Positions 24,538-33,147 of a stretch of DNA of 33,147 bases are shown here, piece after piece (the stretch's first letter is position 1; the number at the start of each line of letters is the position of its first letter). The notes under the pieces are model-generated. The model made no database searches. It saw only the letters and a program-made list of their open reading frames with translations, and was not told the DNA's origin. Where the stretch lies: positions 1 through 33,147 of the forward strand of contig JAKIWU010000001.1 of the NCBI GenBank assembly GCA_022749905.1, given 5' to 3'. The position numbers were made by a program, and so were the translations under genes. This DNA comes from Thermoplasmata archaeon. Lineage in GTDB: Archaea > Thermoplasmatota > Thermoplasmata > Lutacidiplasmatales > UBA184.

Positions 24538-25565
24538 GCGCGTGGTCCGCCGAGGGCCTCGTCGTGGATCGGGGAGGCTTTCGGCTCGGCCCGGTCAATC
24601 TCGAGGTCCGACCGGGCGAGTCGATCGCCGTGCTCGGACGCTCGGGGGCCGGGAAGACCACCCTCCTGCGCGCGCTCGCGGGGCTCGAGCCGATGGTCCG
24701 AGGTTCGTTGCGTCGCGACGGAGAGTCGATGGGGCGACGGGCTCCCGAACGTCGCGGCGCGGTGTACGTGCCTCCCGGCCTCGGGCTCTTCCCCCACCGC
24801 ACGGCCCGGCAGAATCTTCGGTATCCCCTCGAACTCCGCGGGGCTGGAGACGATCGGAGGCTCGACGAGGTCATCGAACGGTTCGGGATCACTCCCTTCG
24901 CGCATCGCCGACCGTCCACCCTGAGCGAAGGCGAGAAGGAGCGGGTTGCCGCGGGGCGAGCGTTGCTCGCCGATCCGGGCCTCCTGCTCTGGGACGAGCC
25001 GCTGACGTCGATCGATCCGGCGGCGCGCCGTGACCTCCTCGAGGTCCTCACCGAGGTCGTGCGGACGGACCACGTGCCGACGGTCGTCGTGACCCACGAC
25101 AGCGAGACCGCATTCACCCTCGCGGACCGCTGCCTCGTCCTCGACGGAGGCTCGACCGTCTTCGCGGGGCAGACGGACGACCTCGTGCGCTCGCCCCCCG
25201 ATGCTTTCGCGGCACGCTTCTCCGGGTTCGAGAATGTGTGGACCGTAGCGGAGGCCGAACTCGCCGGACGTGCCTGCCCCCCGCTCCGTCCGCTCGTCGC
25301 GCGCGCCGGGGCAGGAGGGCTCTGCTTCCCCGCGCCGTCGGCGTTCCCCCCTCCCTCTCCCCACGCGGATCTCCCGCTCGCCACCGTGCGCAGGCTTGCC
25401 CCGGCGCCTTCGGGATACACCGTCGACGCCGTCGTCGGGGGGATCGGGATCCGGCTGCGGTGGGATCGAACCCACGGACCGCCCCGCGGGGGCGATCCAG
25501 TGGCGTTCGGGATCTCGCTCGACGAAATTCGATCGCTCGGACGGACCGGCGGGGGTGGATCATGA
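24534..25565 (+). CDS. ABC transporter ATP-binding protein with C-terminal TOBE-like extension
   Basis: Walker A GRSGAGKTT, signature variant LSEGEKERV, Walker B LLLWDEP, and H-loop VTHD. The ATG overlaps the permease stop (ATGA). Confidence 0.9.
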   Translation: MSAWSAEGLVVDRGGFRLGPVNLEVRPGESIAVLGRSGAGKTTLLRALAGLEPMVRGSLRRDGESMGRRAPERRGAVYVPPGLGLFPHRTARQNLRYPLELRGAGDDRRLDEVIERFGITPFAHRRPSTLSEGEKERVAAGRALLADPGLLLWDEPLTSIDPAARRDLLEVLTEVVRTDHVPTVVVTHDSETAFTLADRCLVLDGGSTVFAGQTDDLVRSPPDAFAARFSGFENVWTVAEAELAGRACPPLRPLVARAGAGGLCFPAPSAFPPPSPHADLPLATVRRLAPAPSGYTVDAVVGGIGIRLRWDRTHGPPRGGDPVAFGISLDEIRSLGRTGGGGS

Positions 25566-26290
25566 GTCGGGCACGGCCCCTGGTCGAGCCGTCCGATCTC
25601 GCCCTGCTCGAGGAGATCGTCCGGCGCGGCACGCTCGTCGCGGCGGCCGTCGGGGCCGGGATGACGAGGGATCGGGCCATCTACAGGATCCGTCGCCTCG
25701 AGCGGGCGTTCGGCCAGCCGATGGTCAAGGCGCGGCGCGGTGGATCGATGCCCGGCTCCACCGAGCTGAGCCCCGCCGGTCGCTCGGTTCTCCGTGAGGG
25801 GAGCACGCTCCTCGAGGTGGGCGAGCCGGTCGAGGCCGCCCCGCACCTCGGCGCGAATCACCTCGAGGGCTTCTATCGGAGCCACCCGGAACCGACGATC
25901 GTGGCCGGATCCGTCAACATCGCCGTCGCCTTCGCGGCCCGGGACGGCGAGCGCGTGCGGGTCGCCTTCGAACCGGATTCGGTCCTTCTCGCCCGCGAGC
26001 CGTTCGCCTCGAGCGCCCGCAACGCCTGGAACGGTCGGATCGTTCGCGTCCGCGGTGCGGGCCTTCGGACCGGCCGGTGCGTGGTCGAGGTCGAGATCGG
26101 GACCGCGCGCCTGCGCGCGGCCGTGACCGAGCGTTCGCTGCGGTCGCTCGGGCTCCGTCCCGGAAGCCGCGTGACGCTCTACGTCAAGGCGACGGCCGTT
26201 CGGCGGGTCCCCCCGCCGCTCACTCTCGGATCCCTTCCGTCGCGAGCGAGAAGACCGCCTCGCCCTCGGGGAGGTTCGGCGAGTCGATGA
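25562..26290 (+). CDS. ModE-like regulator (ModE-type HTH + TOBE/Mop domain)
   Basis: [58 protein letters not shown] matches the ModE N-terminal pattern. The C-terminal [13 protein letters not shown]...VEVEIG...[30 protein letters not shown] is a TOBE fold. ATGA overlap with the ATPase gene. The 3' tail overlaps radA by 71 nt. Confidence 0.75.
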   Translation: MSRARPLVEPSDLALLEEIVRRGTLVAAAVGAGMTRDRAIYRIRRLERAFGQPMVKARRGGSMPGSTELSPAGRSVLREGSTLLEVGEPVEAAPHLGANHLEGFYRSHPEPTIVAGSVNIAVAFAARDGERVRVAFEPDSVLLAREPFASSARNAWNGRIVRVRGAGLRTGRCVVEVEIGTARLRAAVTERSLRSLGLRPGSRVTLYVKATAVRRVPPPLTLGSLPSRARRPPRPRGGSASR

Positions 26291-27212
26291 GCCGTGCGAT
26301 CCGCTTCGGTGGCTTCGACTTTCTGAGGTAGATCCGGTAGGTCGCCGCGTGGGCGACGATGTTTCCGCCGATCGGCCGGGTCGGGTCACCGAACAGCACG
26401 TCCGGCCGCGAGGAGACCTGGTTCGTCACGATGATCGCCGCGTTGTAGGTGTCGCCGAATCGCAGAAGTTCGTGGAGATGCTTGTTGAGGAGCTGCTGCC
26501 GGGGCGCGAGCTCGCCGCGCCCCGCATACTCGGAGCGGAAGTGCGCCGTCAACGAGTCGACGACCAAGAGCCGGATCGGCTTCTCGCGGGCGAGCTCCTG
26601 CGCCTTCTGGATGAGGAGCATCTGGTGGTTCGAGTTGTACGCGCGGGCGATGTGGATCCGCTCGAGCGCGCCGGAGGGATCGATCCCCGCGGCCTTCGCC
26701 ATGTCGACGATCCGCTCGGGGCGGAAGGTGCTCTCCGTGTCGACGTAGACCACCTCGCCCGAGAGGCCTCCCTGATCGACCGGGAGTTGGACGTTCACGG
26801 CGACCTGGTGGGCGATCTGCGTCTTCCCGGTCCCGAACTCTCCCGCGAACTCGGTGATCGCCTGCGTCTCGATGCCGCCCCCGAGAAGCTCGTCGAGCGC
26901 CCGCGATCCGCTGGTGATGCGCCCGAGCTTCTTCCGTCGCTCGAGGAGGACCGTCCCGCTCTCGAAGCTCCCGACATCGGCCTGCCGGCGCGCCTCGGAG
27001 ATGATCTTCTGCGCGATCGCGGTCCCGATCTCGGCCGCCTCCGCGATGTCGCCCGGAGAGGCGACGGCGAGCTCCATGAGATCGGTGTAGCCGGCCTCGC
27101 GGAGCTTGTCCGCCGTGGTCGGGCCCACGCCCGCAAGGTCCTCGAGGGCCATCTCGCGCTTCGCCTCGCCAGGCTCGGCGGGCGTGGTGCGGGGAGCAGG
27201 TTTCGACGGCAC
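26220..27212 (-). CDS. radA: DNA repair and recombination protein RadA
   Basis: HhH N-domain [20 protein letters not shown], Walker [10 protein letters not shown], Walker B LLVVDS, and C-terminal ATEGIRE. GTG 27212, with alternative ATG 27152. Confidence 0.97.
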   Translation of the reverse strand: MPSKPAPRTTPAEPGEAKREMALEDLAGVGPTTADKLREAGYTDLMELAVASPGDIAEAAEIGTAIAQKIISEARRQADVGSFESGTVLLERRKKLGRITSGSRALDELLGGGIETQAITEFAGEFGTGKTQIAHQVAVNVQLPVDQGGLSGEVVYVDTESTFRPERIVDMAKAAGIDPSGALERIHIARAYNSNHQMLLIQKAQELAREKPIRLLVVDSLTAHFRSEYAGRGELAPRQQLLNKHLHELLRFGDTYNAAIIVTNQVSSRPDVLFGDPTRPIGGNIVAHAATYRIYLRKSKPPKRIARLIDSPNLPEGEAVFSLATEGIRE

Positions 27213-27236
27213 GATCTTGCGAGCGTCGGTCGGCGG

Positions 27237-27241
27237 ATAAA
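27237..27241 (-). promoter_or_regulatory. Candidate TATA box (CTCTTTATCCGCC on minus strand), 24 nt upstream of radA GTG 27212
   Basis: TTTAT-N24-GTG, the same core CTTTATCC as the sodN box. Confidence 0.4.
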
Positions 27242-27297
27242 GAGAGGGGAGGGAGGCCGAAACGGTGGGCGTTGGAACCCGTCCGGGTCGGCCGAGC

Positions 27298-28281
27298 CTA
27301 TCCGTCCGCGGGCCGGAACGGCTCGCCCGTGAGCCGCTGGAAGACCGTGGTGTAGAGTCTGCTCACCTCGTCGACGAGGAGTGGCGGCAGCGGAGGGATC
27401 GGAGGCTCGGCCCCCCCTGCGGCCCGCGCGGCCTGCAGCTGATCGTAGTAGCCGGTCGTCCGGTAGTGCTGGCGCACGAACTCCTTGGAGAACTCGACCT
27501 GGCGGCCCCTCTCGAAGGCGCCTCGGTCCCAGAAGCGGTCCTCGTCCGCGGTGCCGAAGGTGTCGACGACCATCACGCGCCCCTCGGAATCGACGCCGAA
27601 CTCCTTCTTTCCGTCGACGTGCAGAAGCCCGCGCGGGGCGATCTCCCGCTCCATCGCGGCGTCGACCTTCAGGATCATCTCCTCGATCTCCCGGAGCCGG
27701 TTGCGATCGAGCGCGGCGAGCTCGAGCGCCTCGGGGAGCGTGAGCAGGCGATCGACCGGCTCGAGCTTCGTCGTCATCTCGAAATGCGGCTCGGGAAGCT
27801 TCTCGCCGTACGCGACCGGGTGTCCCGAGGGGAACCCGAGCGTCTCCGCGGACACCTGGCCCGAGTGGACCCGGTCCCACATCGAGCCGGCGACGAAGTA
27901 CCGGACGATGAACTCGAGCGGGACGAGGTAGTTCTTCGGCGACGGCCCGAGGGTCGCAGGCTTCGGCACGATCTGGACCCGCCGCACCCGGATCGCGGTC
28001 GGAGCCGTGAGCCCGAGGTAGTGGTGCGGGACCTTCAGGCGGGCGCAGAGCTCGAACCAGTGGGCGGCGGTCCGGGCGAGCGTTTCGCCCTTGTGGGGGA
28101 TCTCGCTCGGGACATGCTTGTCGAACACCGAGATGTCGTTCGTGAAGCGGAACTCGAGCTCGGTCGGCGAGAGCTCGTAGACCTCCTTGACCTTCCCGCG
28201 TCGCAGGTACTTCGCCGTCGCGGAGCCGGTCGTGGCGGTCGCCTTAGGAGTCATCCCGAATGGACGAACCGGAGGGTTCAT
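27298..28281 (-). CDS. purC: Phosphoribosylaminoimidazole-succinocarboxamide (SAICAR) synthase, long form
   Basis: [32 protein letters not shown], and the C-terminal extension typical of the roughly 300-aa class. Confidence 0.92.
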   Translation of the reverse strand: MNPPVRPFGMTPKATATTGSATAKYLRRGKVKEVYELSPTELEFRFTNDISVFDKHVPSEIPHKGETLARTAAHWFELCARLKVPHHYLGLTAPTAIRVRRVQIVPKPATLGPSPKNYLVPLEFIVRYFVAGSMWDRVHSGQVSAETLGFPSGHPVAYGEKLPEPHFEMTTKLEPVDRLLTLPEALELAALDRNRLREIEEMILKVDAAMEREIAPRGLLHVDGKKEFGVDSEGRVMVVDTFGTADEDRFWDRGAFERGRQVEFSKEFVRQHYRTTGYYDQLQAARAAGGAEPPIPPLPPLLVDEVSRLYTTVFQRLTGEPFRPADG

Positions 28282-28312
28282 AGGCTCAGCGGGCGCGCCC
28301 GCGCGCGCGGGT

Positions 28313-28822
28313 CTACAGGAGCCGCGCGTGGTGGGCGGTGATGGGCCGGAAGCCCCGCTTCGCGTAGAAGCGCGTCGCGATCTCGTTCTGCGCCGGGAAC
28401 TCCGCGACGACGATCCCCGCCCCTTTCTCCTTCAGACGTCGGGAGGTCTCCGAGAGGACGTGCTCTCCGATCCCGTGTCGACGATAGAGCGGGAGGAGGT
28501 AGATGTCGAGGATCACGCCCTCCTGGCTCGGTGCGTAGAAGTTCCGTTCGCGCACCTGCGCCCGGACGACGCCGACGATCTTGCCCTGCTCGGGTCCCGT
28601 TCCTTCGACGGCGAGGACGAGCGAGCTCGGTTCGGCGATGTCCTGCTTCAGGATCTCCGTCGCACGCGCCTCGGCATCCTCCCGGACCTTGAGAAGCGGA
28701 TCGAACTCCTCGTTCAGGCGCTTGAGGCGCAGGAGGAGGGGAACGAGCGCTCCGACGTCCTGCGCGGTGGCTGGGCGGAGATGGATCTTGAGCGCCGCGT
28801 CCACGGGAGACGAATCGCTCAT
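28313..28822 (-). CDS. GNAT-family N-acetyltransferase
   Basis: Acetyl-CoA motif A LLPLYRRHGIGEHVL, and C-terminal ATRFYAKRGF. ATG 28822 overlaps the malic enzyme stop (ATGA). The rest of the 377-aa track ORF is alternate-frame noise. Confidence 0.8.
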   Translation of the reverse strand: MSDSSPVDAALKIHLRPATAQDVGALVPLLLRLKRLNEEFDPLLKVREDAEARATEILKQDIAEPSSLVLAVEGTGPEQGKIVGVVRAQVRERNFYAPSQEGVILDIYLLPLYRRHGIGEHVLSETSRRLKEKGAGIVVAEFPAQNEIATRFYAKRGFRPITAHHARLL

Positions 28823-30336
28823 CGCGCGGTCCCCCCGCTCCCGGGATCGTCCGGCATCGGGTGGGTGAGACCCGCCTTCGCAAGAGCCTCCGCAAGCTCG
28901 ACGGGCCGAGCCATGAGCTCGCGCGCCCGCGCCAGGAACTCCTCGCGGGAGTGCCGGCGGCGCGCGATGCCGAGGCTCACAGCACATTCCGCGACCGCGG
29001 CCGCGACGTGCGGGAAGACGTCCCTCTCGTCCATGGTGGGAAGGATATGGTCGGCCGAGAGGCCCCGATCCGCGGCGCGTCGCGCGAGCTCCTGCGCGGC
29101 GGCGAGCACGATGGCGTCTGGGATCGAGCGGGCCCGGGCATCGAGCACCCCTCGGAACACCGCCGGGAAGATCAGCGAGTTGTTCACCTGGTTCGGGAAG
29201 TCGGACCGCCCTGTCGCCACGATCGCCGCCCCCGCGGCCTTCGCGTCGGCGGGCCAGATCTCCGGCAGCGGGTTCGCGAGCGCGAAGACGATCGCCTCCT
29301 TCGCCATCGTCCGCACCCATTCCGGTCGCACCGTTCCCGGGACCGGCGTTGAGGCGGCGAGGAGCACGTCCGCGCCGTCGAGCGCAACGGCGAGATCCCC
29401 GGTCCGCCCTCCGCCCCGGGTATCGAGGGCGAGTCGGTACTTCCACCGGTTCTTCAGCATGAGCTCGTCCATGTCCTCGCGGTCCGGCTGCAGGATTCCG
29501 AGCTGGTCGACGAGCGAGATCCGGCCCGCGTCATGCCCAAGGGCAACGAGGAGGCGCGCGGTCGCGATGTTCGCGGCGCCGGCCCCGAGGAGCACCGTCC
29601 GTACCGATCCGATGGAGCGTCCCGTGAGCTCGAGTGCGTTCACGAGGCCCGCCACGGTCGAGGCTGCCGTCCCGAGTTGGTCGTCATGCCACACAGGGAT
29701 GGGGAGGCGGCGCTGGAGCTCTTCGAGCACCTGGAAGCATTTCGGCGAGGCGATGTCCTCAAGGTTGATCCCCGCGAAGGCGGGGGCGAGCCGGAGGACC
29801 GTCTCGACGATCTGCTCCGGCGACGATGTGAGGATCGGGATCGGGATCGCGTTGACCCCGCCGAGCGCCTTGAAGAGGAGCGCCTTCCCCTCCATCACCG
29901 GGAGCGCGGCATCGGGACCGATGTTCCCGAGGCCGAGAACGCGGCTCCCATCGGTCACGATGGCGATCGTGTTCCAGCGACCGGTGAGCTCGAACGCCGC
30001 ATCGGGCGTCGCGCTGATCTCGCGGCAGACCGCAGCGATCCCAGGCGTGTACCACAGGGCGAAATCCGACATCCCACGGACCGGCACGGTGGGGACGGTC
30101 TCGATCTTTCCCTGGTAGAAGCGGGCGAGCCTCACCGAACGCTCGCCGAGAGCCTCCGTGCGTTCGGCCTCGGATTCCTCGTCGGCCGGAGCGGCTCGCT
30201 TGCGGCTCCGACGCCCGGAGCCCACCACCGGCTCGGTGGCCAGAATCATCGGAAGATGGATGACTCGAACCCGCCCCTTAACTCTTGTCGCCGACAGGGT
30301 AGCGCCCCGACGAGAGAGGAGAGTCCCGCCCGGCAC
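28819..30336 (-). CDS. NAD(P)-dependent malic enzyme (oxaloacetate-decarboxylating malate dehydrogenase)
   Basis: YQGKIETVPTVPV, LWYTPGIAAVCREI, AIVTDGSRVLGLGNIGP..ALPVMEGKALLFK, and the dinucleotide fold VLLGAGAANIA. The start is uncertain. ATG 30249 (MILATEP) sits about 28 nt below a TTAA island and may be the true start. Confidence 0.92.
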   Translation of the reverse strand: MPGGTLLSRRGATLSATRVKGRVRVIHLPMILATEPVVGSGRRSRKRAAPADEESEAERTEALGERSVRLARFYQGKIETVPTVPVRGMSDFALWYTPGIAAVCREISATPDAAFELTGRWNTIAIVTDGSRVLGLGNIGPDAALPVMEGKALLFKALGGVNAIPIPILTSSPEQIVETVLRLAPAFAGINLEDIASPKCFQVLEELQRRLPIPVWHDDQLGTAASTVAGLVNALELTGRSIGSVRTVLLGAGAANIATARLLVALGHDAGRISLVDQLGILQPDREDMDELMLKNRWKYRLALDTRGGGRTGDLAVALDGADVLLAASTPVPGTVRPEWVRTMAKEAIVFALANPLPEIWPADAKAAGAAIVATGRSDFPNQVNNSLIFPAVFRGVLDARARSIPDAIVLAAAQELARRAADRGLSADHILPTMDERDVFPHVAAAVAECAVSLGIARRRHSREEFLARARELMARPVELAEALAKAGLTHPMPDDPGSGGTAR

Positions 30337-30493
30337 GCCGTGCGCACGCAGAGCGGGCAGAACCTCCTACAATCCCCGTAGGTTCTCCACGAGTCGCTGC
30401 TCAGGGTGAGAGGGCACCTCGCGCCTCACGCAACGACGTTTCCCGGGCCGCACGGCGCTACCGTTAAGGAGGGAATCGACACCGACCGCCTCC

Positions 30494-31468
30494 ATGGCGA
30501 TCGTGACGGCCCTCACCGGGCCCTTCCCGCGATCCGAGGCGCTCGTCGCAGCGACGCGCGACCTCGACCGGGGCCGCACGACCACGGCAGCCGTCGACGC
30601 CCTCGTCGAGCGCGCGGAAGCGGAGATCTCGGGCCACGAGAGTCGGCTCGGGCTCGGGATCCACAGCGGTGGGTACCTCGCCTGGGCGGATCTCTTCCGG
30701 CCGTTCTCCGAAAGCTGGAGGGGATTCACGGTCGGGCCCGTCACGCGTTGGTTCGAGACGAATACGTTCTACCGCCAACCGATCCTCCACGCGCCCCCGG
30801 AGCGGGTCGAGGGCGCGATCGCCCGCCATCTGCCCCCGTCCGCGAGGGCCGATCCTCCGCGCGCGAAGGTGACGTTGCCGGGCCCGTTCACCTTCTCCGG
30901 TCTCCTCGAGAATCGTTCGGGCGAAACGCGCGAGGCCCTCACCCACCGCATGGGCCGGCTCCTGGGCGAAGAGGTGCGATCGCTCCTCGCGTCGGGGTTC
31001 ACGACGTTCCAATTCCAGGAGCCGCTCCTCGTGGTGGAGCGGCCTACAGGACCGCTCGCGGAAGCGGCCGTCGAGGCGTACCGGTCCATCCAAACCGCCG
31101 CCCCCTCCGCCGCCACCCTCGTCTGGACGTTCTTCGCCGATGCAGCCCCGACCTTCGACCTCCTAGGACGGTTGCCCGTAGGCGGGGTGGGCATCGATCT
31201 CTCGGAGACCGATCCCGAGCGGATCCCGGAGAGCCTGAGCGGCCGCGGGGTCGGGCTCGGCGTGATCGATCCCCGGACCACGCTGCGGGAGGATCCCGAA
31301 GTGGTCGCACGCATCGCACGCGATCTGTCGAAGCGCCTCCACCCCTCGACGCTCTGGCTCGGCGCAGGCGCTCCTCTCGATCTTCTTCCCTACGAACCGG
31401 CCGTGCGGAAGATCGAACTCCTTGGGCAAGTCCGAGAGCGCCTCGCGCTCTCAGGAACGGCTGCATGA
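30494..31468 (+). CDS. Cobalamin-independent methionine synthase N-terminal-domain-like protein (non-catalytic half)
   Basis: UROD/MetE-like barrel pattern (TALTGPFPRS..., VTRWFETNTFYRQP, TLPGPFTF), but it lacks the HxC and xxCGL zinc ligands. Translationally coupled to the catalytic half (ATGA). Confidence 0.65.
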   Translation: MAIVTALTGPFPRSEALVAATRDLDRGRTTTAAVDALVERAEAEISGHESRLGLGIHSGGYLAWADLFRPFSESWRGFTVGPVTRWFETNTFYRQPILHAPPERVEGAIARHLPPSARADPPRAKVTLPGPFTFSGLLENRSGETREALTHRMGRLLGEEVRSLLASGFTTFQFQEPLLVVERPTGPLAEAAVEAYRSIQTAAPSAATLVWTFFADAAPTFDLLGRLPVGGVGIDLSETDPERIPESLSGRGVGLGVIDPRTTLREDPEVVARIARDLSKRLHPSTLWLGAGAPLDLLPYEPAVRKIELLGQVRERLALSGTAA

Positions 31469-32607
31469 GCGCTCGCCTCTTTCCAACGCAGGAGATCGGG
31501 AGCCTCGCGAAGCCGCGCTGGCAGATCCAAGGGCAGCACAGCACGCCCCTTGACGAACGGGCGCGGGCGGAGTTCGGCCGGTGGAACGATCTCCTGCACT
31601 TCGCCGATGCGGGCGATCCAGCGGTCCATGCCATCGTCGGGGGAAACGGCGCCGCCGTCGACCCGGCCGAGTTCCGTCGGTTGGGGGCGCTCTTCGGCCT
31701 GCGGTACTTCGAAACCGCAGGTCTCGACCGCGTCTACGATGGGGAGGCGCGGAGGATCGAGATGTACGAGTACCCGATCCGCCAGATGCACGGCTTCGAC
31801 TTCCAGGGGCACGTGCGCTCGTTCGACAACAAGTACTACCTCAAGGCGGCCGTGACGGGCGAGGTCCGGCTCGACCACCCGTACCACGTGGACGAATTCG
31901 ACTTCGTCCGCGAGCATGCGCGAGCGAGCCCGAAGCTCCCGATCACCGGTCCGTACACCCTCGCCGAGTGGTCCTACAACGAGCACTACCTCGGAAAGCA
32001 GACCGGATGGAAGGGCCGGGAGGCCCGGCGCCGCGCCCAGAGGGAATTCGTGGTCGACATCGCGCGCAAGGCGATCCGCCCCACCCTCGCGAAGCTCATC
32101 GAGCACGGCTGCCGGATCATCCAGATCGACGAGCCGGCGGCCGGGACGCACCCCGAGGAAGCGGCCCTCGTCGCCGAGGGATTCAACGCCGCCACCGAGG
32201 GTCTCGACGCGGTGTTCTCGATGCACATCTGTTTCTCGGACTACCGGAGCCTTCTGCCCGCGCTCCTCGAGGCGAAGGCGTGCAAGCAGTGGGCTTGGGA
32301 GTTCGCGAACCGCGACGGCCCCGAGCGCGACGGCTACGAGATCCTCCGGCTCTTCCGTGAGTACGGCGACGATCGCGAGATCGGCCTCGGCGTGCTCGAC
32401 GTACACCGGGACGAGATCGAGACGCCCGAGGTCGTAGCCGACAGGATCCGCCGCGCCGCCCACCACCTCGGAGACCCTTCGAAGATCTGGGTGAATCCGG
32501 ACTGCGGGCTCAGGACCCGATCGCTCGACGTCGCCTGGAAGAAGCTCGCCTCCCTCGTCGAGGGTGCGAAGCGGGCACGCGCCGAGTTCGCCGGGCGGGC
32601 CGCCTGA
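31465..32607 (+). CDS. metE: Cobalamin-independent methionine synthase catalytic domain (MetE C-terminal type)
   Basis: PTQEIGSLAKPRW, IQIDEPA, the zinc ligands HICFSDY and WVNPDCGLRTR, and C-terminal ...KLASLVEGAKRAR. Confidence 0.88.
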   Translation: MSARLFPTQEIGSLAKPRWQIQGQHSTPLDERARAEFGRWNDLLHFADAGDPAVHAIVGGNGAAVDPAEFRRLGALFGLRYFETAGLDRVYDGEARRIEMYEYPIRQMHGFDFQGHVRSFDNKYYLKAAVTGEVRLDHPYHVDEFDFVREHARASPKLPITGPYTLAEWSYNEHYLGKQTGWKGREARRRAQREFVVDIARKAIRPTLAKLIEHGCRIIQIDEPAAGTHPEEAALVAEGFNAATEGLDAVFSMHICFSDYRSLLPALLEAKACKQWAWEFANRDGPERDGYEILRLFREYGDDREIGLGVLDVHRDEIETPEVVADRIRRAAHHLGDPSKIWVNPDCGLRTRSLDVAWKKLASLVEGAKRARAEFAGRAA

Positions 32608-32629
32608 CGGGCGCCCCGAGCCGGTCTCG

Positions 32630-33147
32630 TTACGGGCCGGCCCCGGTCGCCGCTGGGGCCGGTCGGGCGGTCGGGGCTCCGGACGTCCCGATCCTCGTCC
32701 CATCGGCAAGGATGCGGAAGTTGCGGACGGGCAGCGCGAGGAGGAACGCGATGACCCCCATGAGGGCGATCAGGAGGAAGATGAGCTGGAAGGCGGAGTC
32801 CCCCGGGGCCCGGAAGGTGTAGAAGAAGGTCCCCAGGGTCCCGCCCCGCACCACGTAGGTGGTGAGAACGCTCGCGAGAATCGTCGATGCGAGCACGGGC
32901 CCGATCGAGGTGCCGAGATTGCGGAAGGTGAGGTTCATGCCGGTCTGGATCCCGGTGTCCTGGGGCCGGCTCGAGAGGACGACGACGTTGATCATCGCGA
33001 TGAAGATCATGATGATCCCGGTCATGATGGGGATCGGCCCGAGGATGAGGTCGATCACGGCGTTGTTGTTGAAGGCGAGGAAGCCGCCGCCGAGGACGAT
33101 GAGGGCCGCCCCGAGGAGCATCGGGACCTTCGGCCCGGTCTTCGCCA
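32630..33147 (-). CDS. MFS-type transporter, C-terminal part (5' end lies beyond the window)
   Basis: Several TM helices with GxxxGP/NLG motifs (FRNLGTSIGPVLAS). The reading frame stays open upstream of ATG 33121 to the window edge (...AKTGPKVPMLLG). Confidence 0.6.
   Translation of the reverse strand, partial: AKTGPKVPMLLGAALIVLGGGFLAFNNNAVIDLILGPIPIMTGIIMIFIAMINVVVLSSRPQDTGIQTGMNLTFRNLGTSIGPVLASTILASVLTTYVVRGGTLGTFFYTFRAPGDSAFQLIFLLIALMGVIAFLLALPVRNFRILADGTRIGTSGAPTARPAPAATGAGP

Noticed and set aside
24365-26389. 674-aa minus-strand ORF, plus 24399..25475, antisense to the ABC ATPase and ModE-like genes
   Set aside because: It is Arg/Ser/Pro-rich noise. The plus frame has Walker A/B, the ABC signature and TOBE motifs.
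28187-30118. 643-aa plus-strand ORF antisense to the GNAT and malic enzyme genes
   Set aside because: It is Ser/Arg/Ala-rich with no domain signature. The minus frames carry clear malic enzyme and GNAT motifs.
30370-30400. Inverted repeat GAACCT...AGGTTC / CCTAC-AATCCCC-GTAGG upstream of the metE pair, considered as a possible riboswitch
   Set aside because: The stems are only 5-6 bp and mutually exclusive, and the region is too short for a SAM or B12 aptamer. I do not know of such riboswitches in archaea.
1-33147. CRISPR arrays, IS/transposase, integrase, toxin-antitoxin pairs, rRNA or tRNA genes
   Set aside because: I found no regularly spaced direct repeats, no terminal inverted repeats flanking a transposase-like ORF, and no structured RNA signatures on reading both strands. 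The window looks like core chromosome with laterally acquired single genes rather than a mobile island.

Overview
Very GC-rich chromosomal segment, about two-thirds G+C by eye. It is clearly archaeal: it carries the PolD large subunit DP2, RadA, FtsZ and a Pop5-like RNase P subunit. I call 34 protein-coding genes, tightly packed, with many 1-4 nt start/stop overlaps (ATGA, GTGA, TGATG). I found no rRNA, tRNA, CRISPR array, IS element or integrase. Housekeeping genes are polC/DP2, ftsZ, radA, purH, purC, a split metE pair, malic enzyme, mutY and thioredoxin. Accessory and stress modules are interspersed: (i) a TfoX_N-like gene plus an orphan Dam-family N6-adenine methyltransferase directly upstream of DP2; (ii) an ars-like module with a Cys-rich HxlR/DUF24 regulator divergent from an unannotated 22-codon Cys-rich ORF, LMW-PTP arsC and a MIP channel with non-canonical NPL/NLA boxes, followed by msrB; (iii) a secreted EEP-family hydrolase with a sequon-rich membrane-anchored protein; (iv) a tandem-wHTH regulator next to a 1075-aa class III nucleotide cyclase-AAA/STAND-TPR protein; (v) a nickel superoxide dismutase (sodN) with its divergent S26 maturation protease (sodX), unusual in an archaeal context; (vi) a molybdate/tungstate-type ABC transporter operon ending in a ModE-like regulator. 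Three genes (DP2, sodN, radA) show an identical TTTAT-N24-start codon geometry, which suggests leaderless transcripts. The many long antisense or alternate-frame ORFs in the track are typical high-GC artefacts and were rejected. All functional calls rest on motif recognition by eye. No database search was run.
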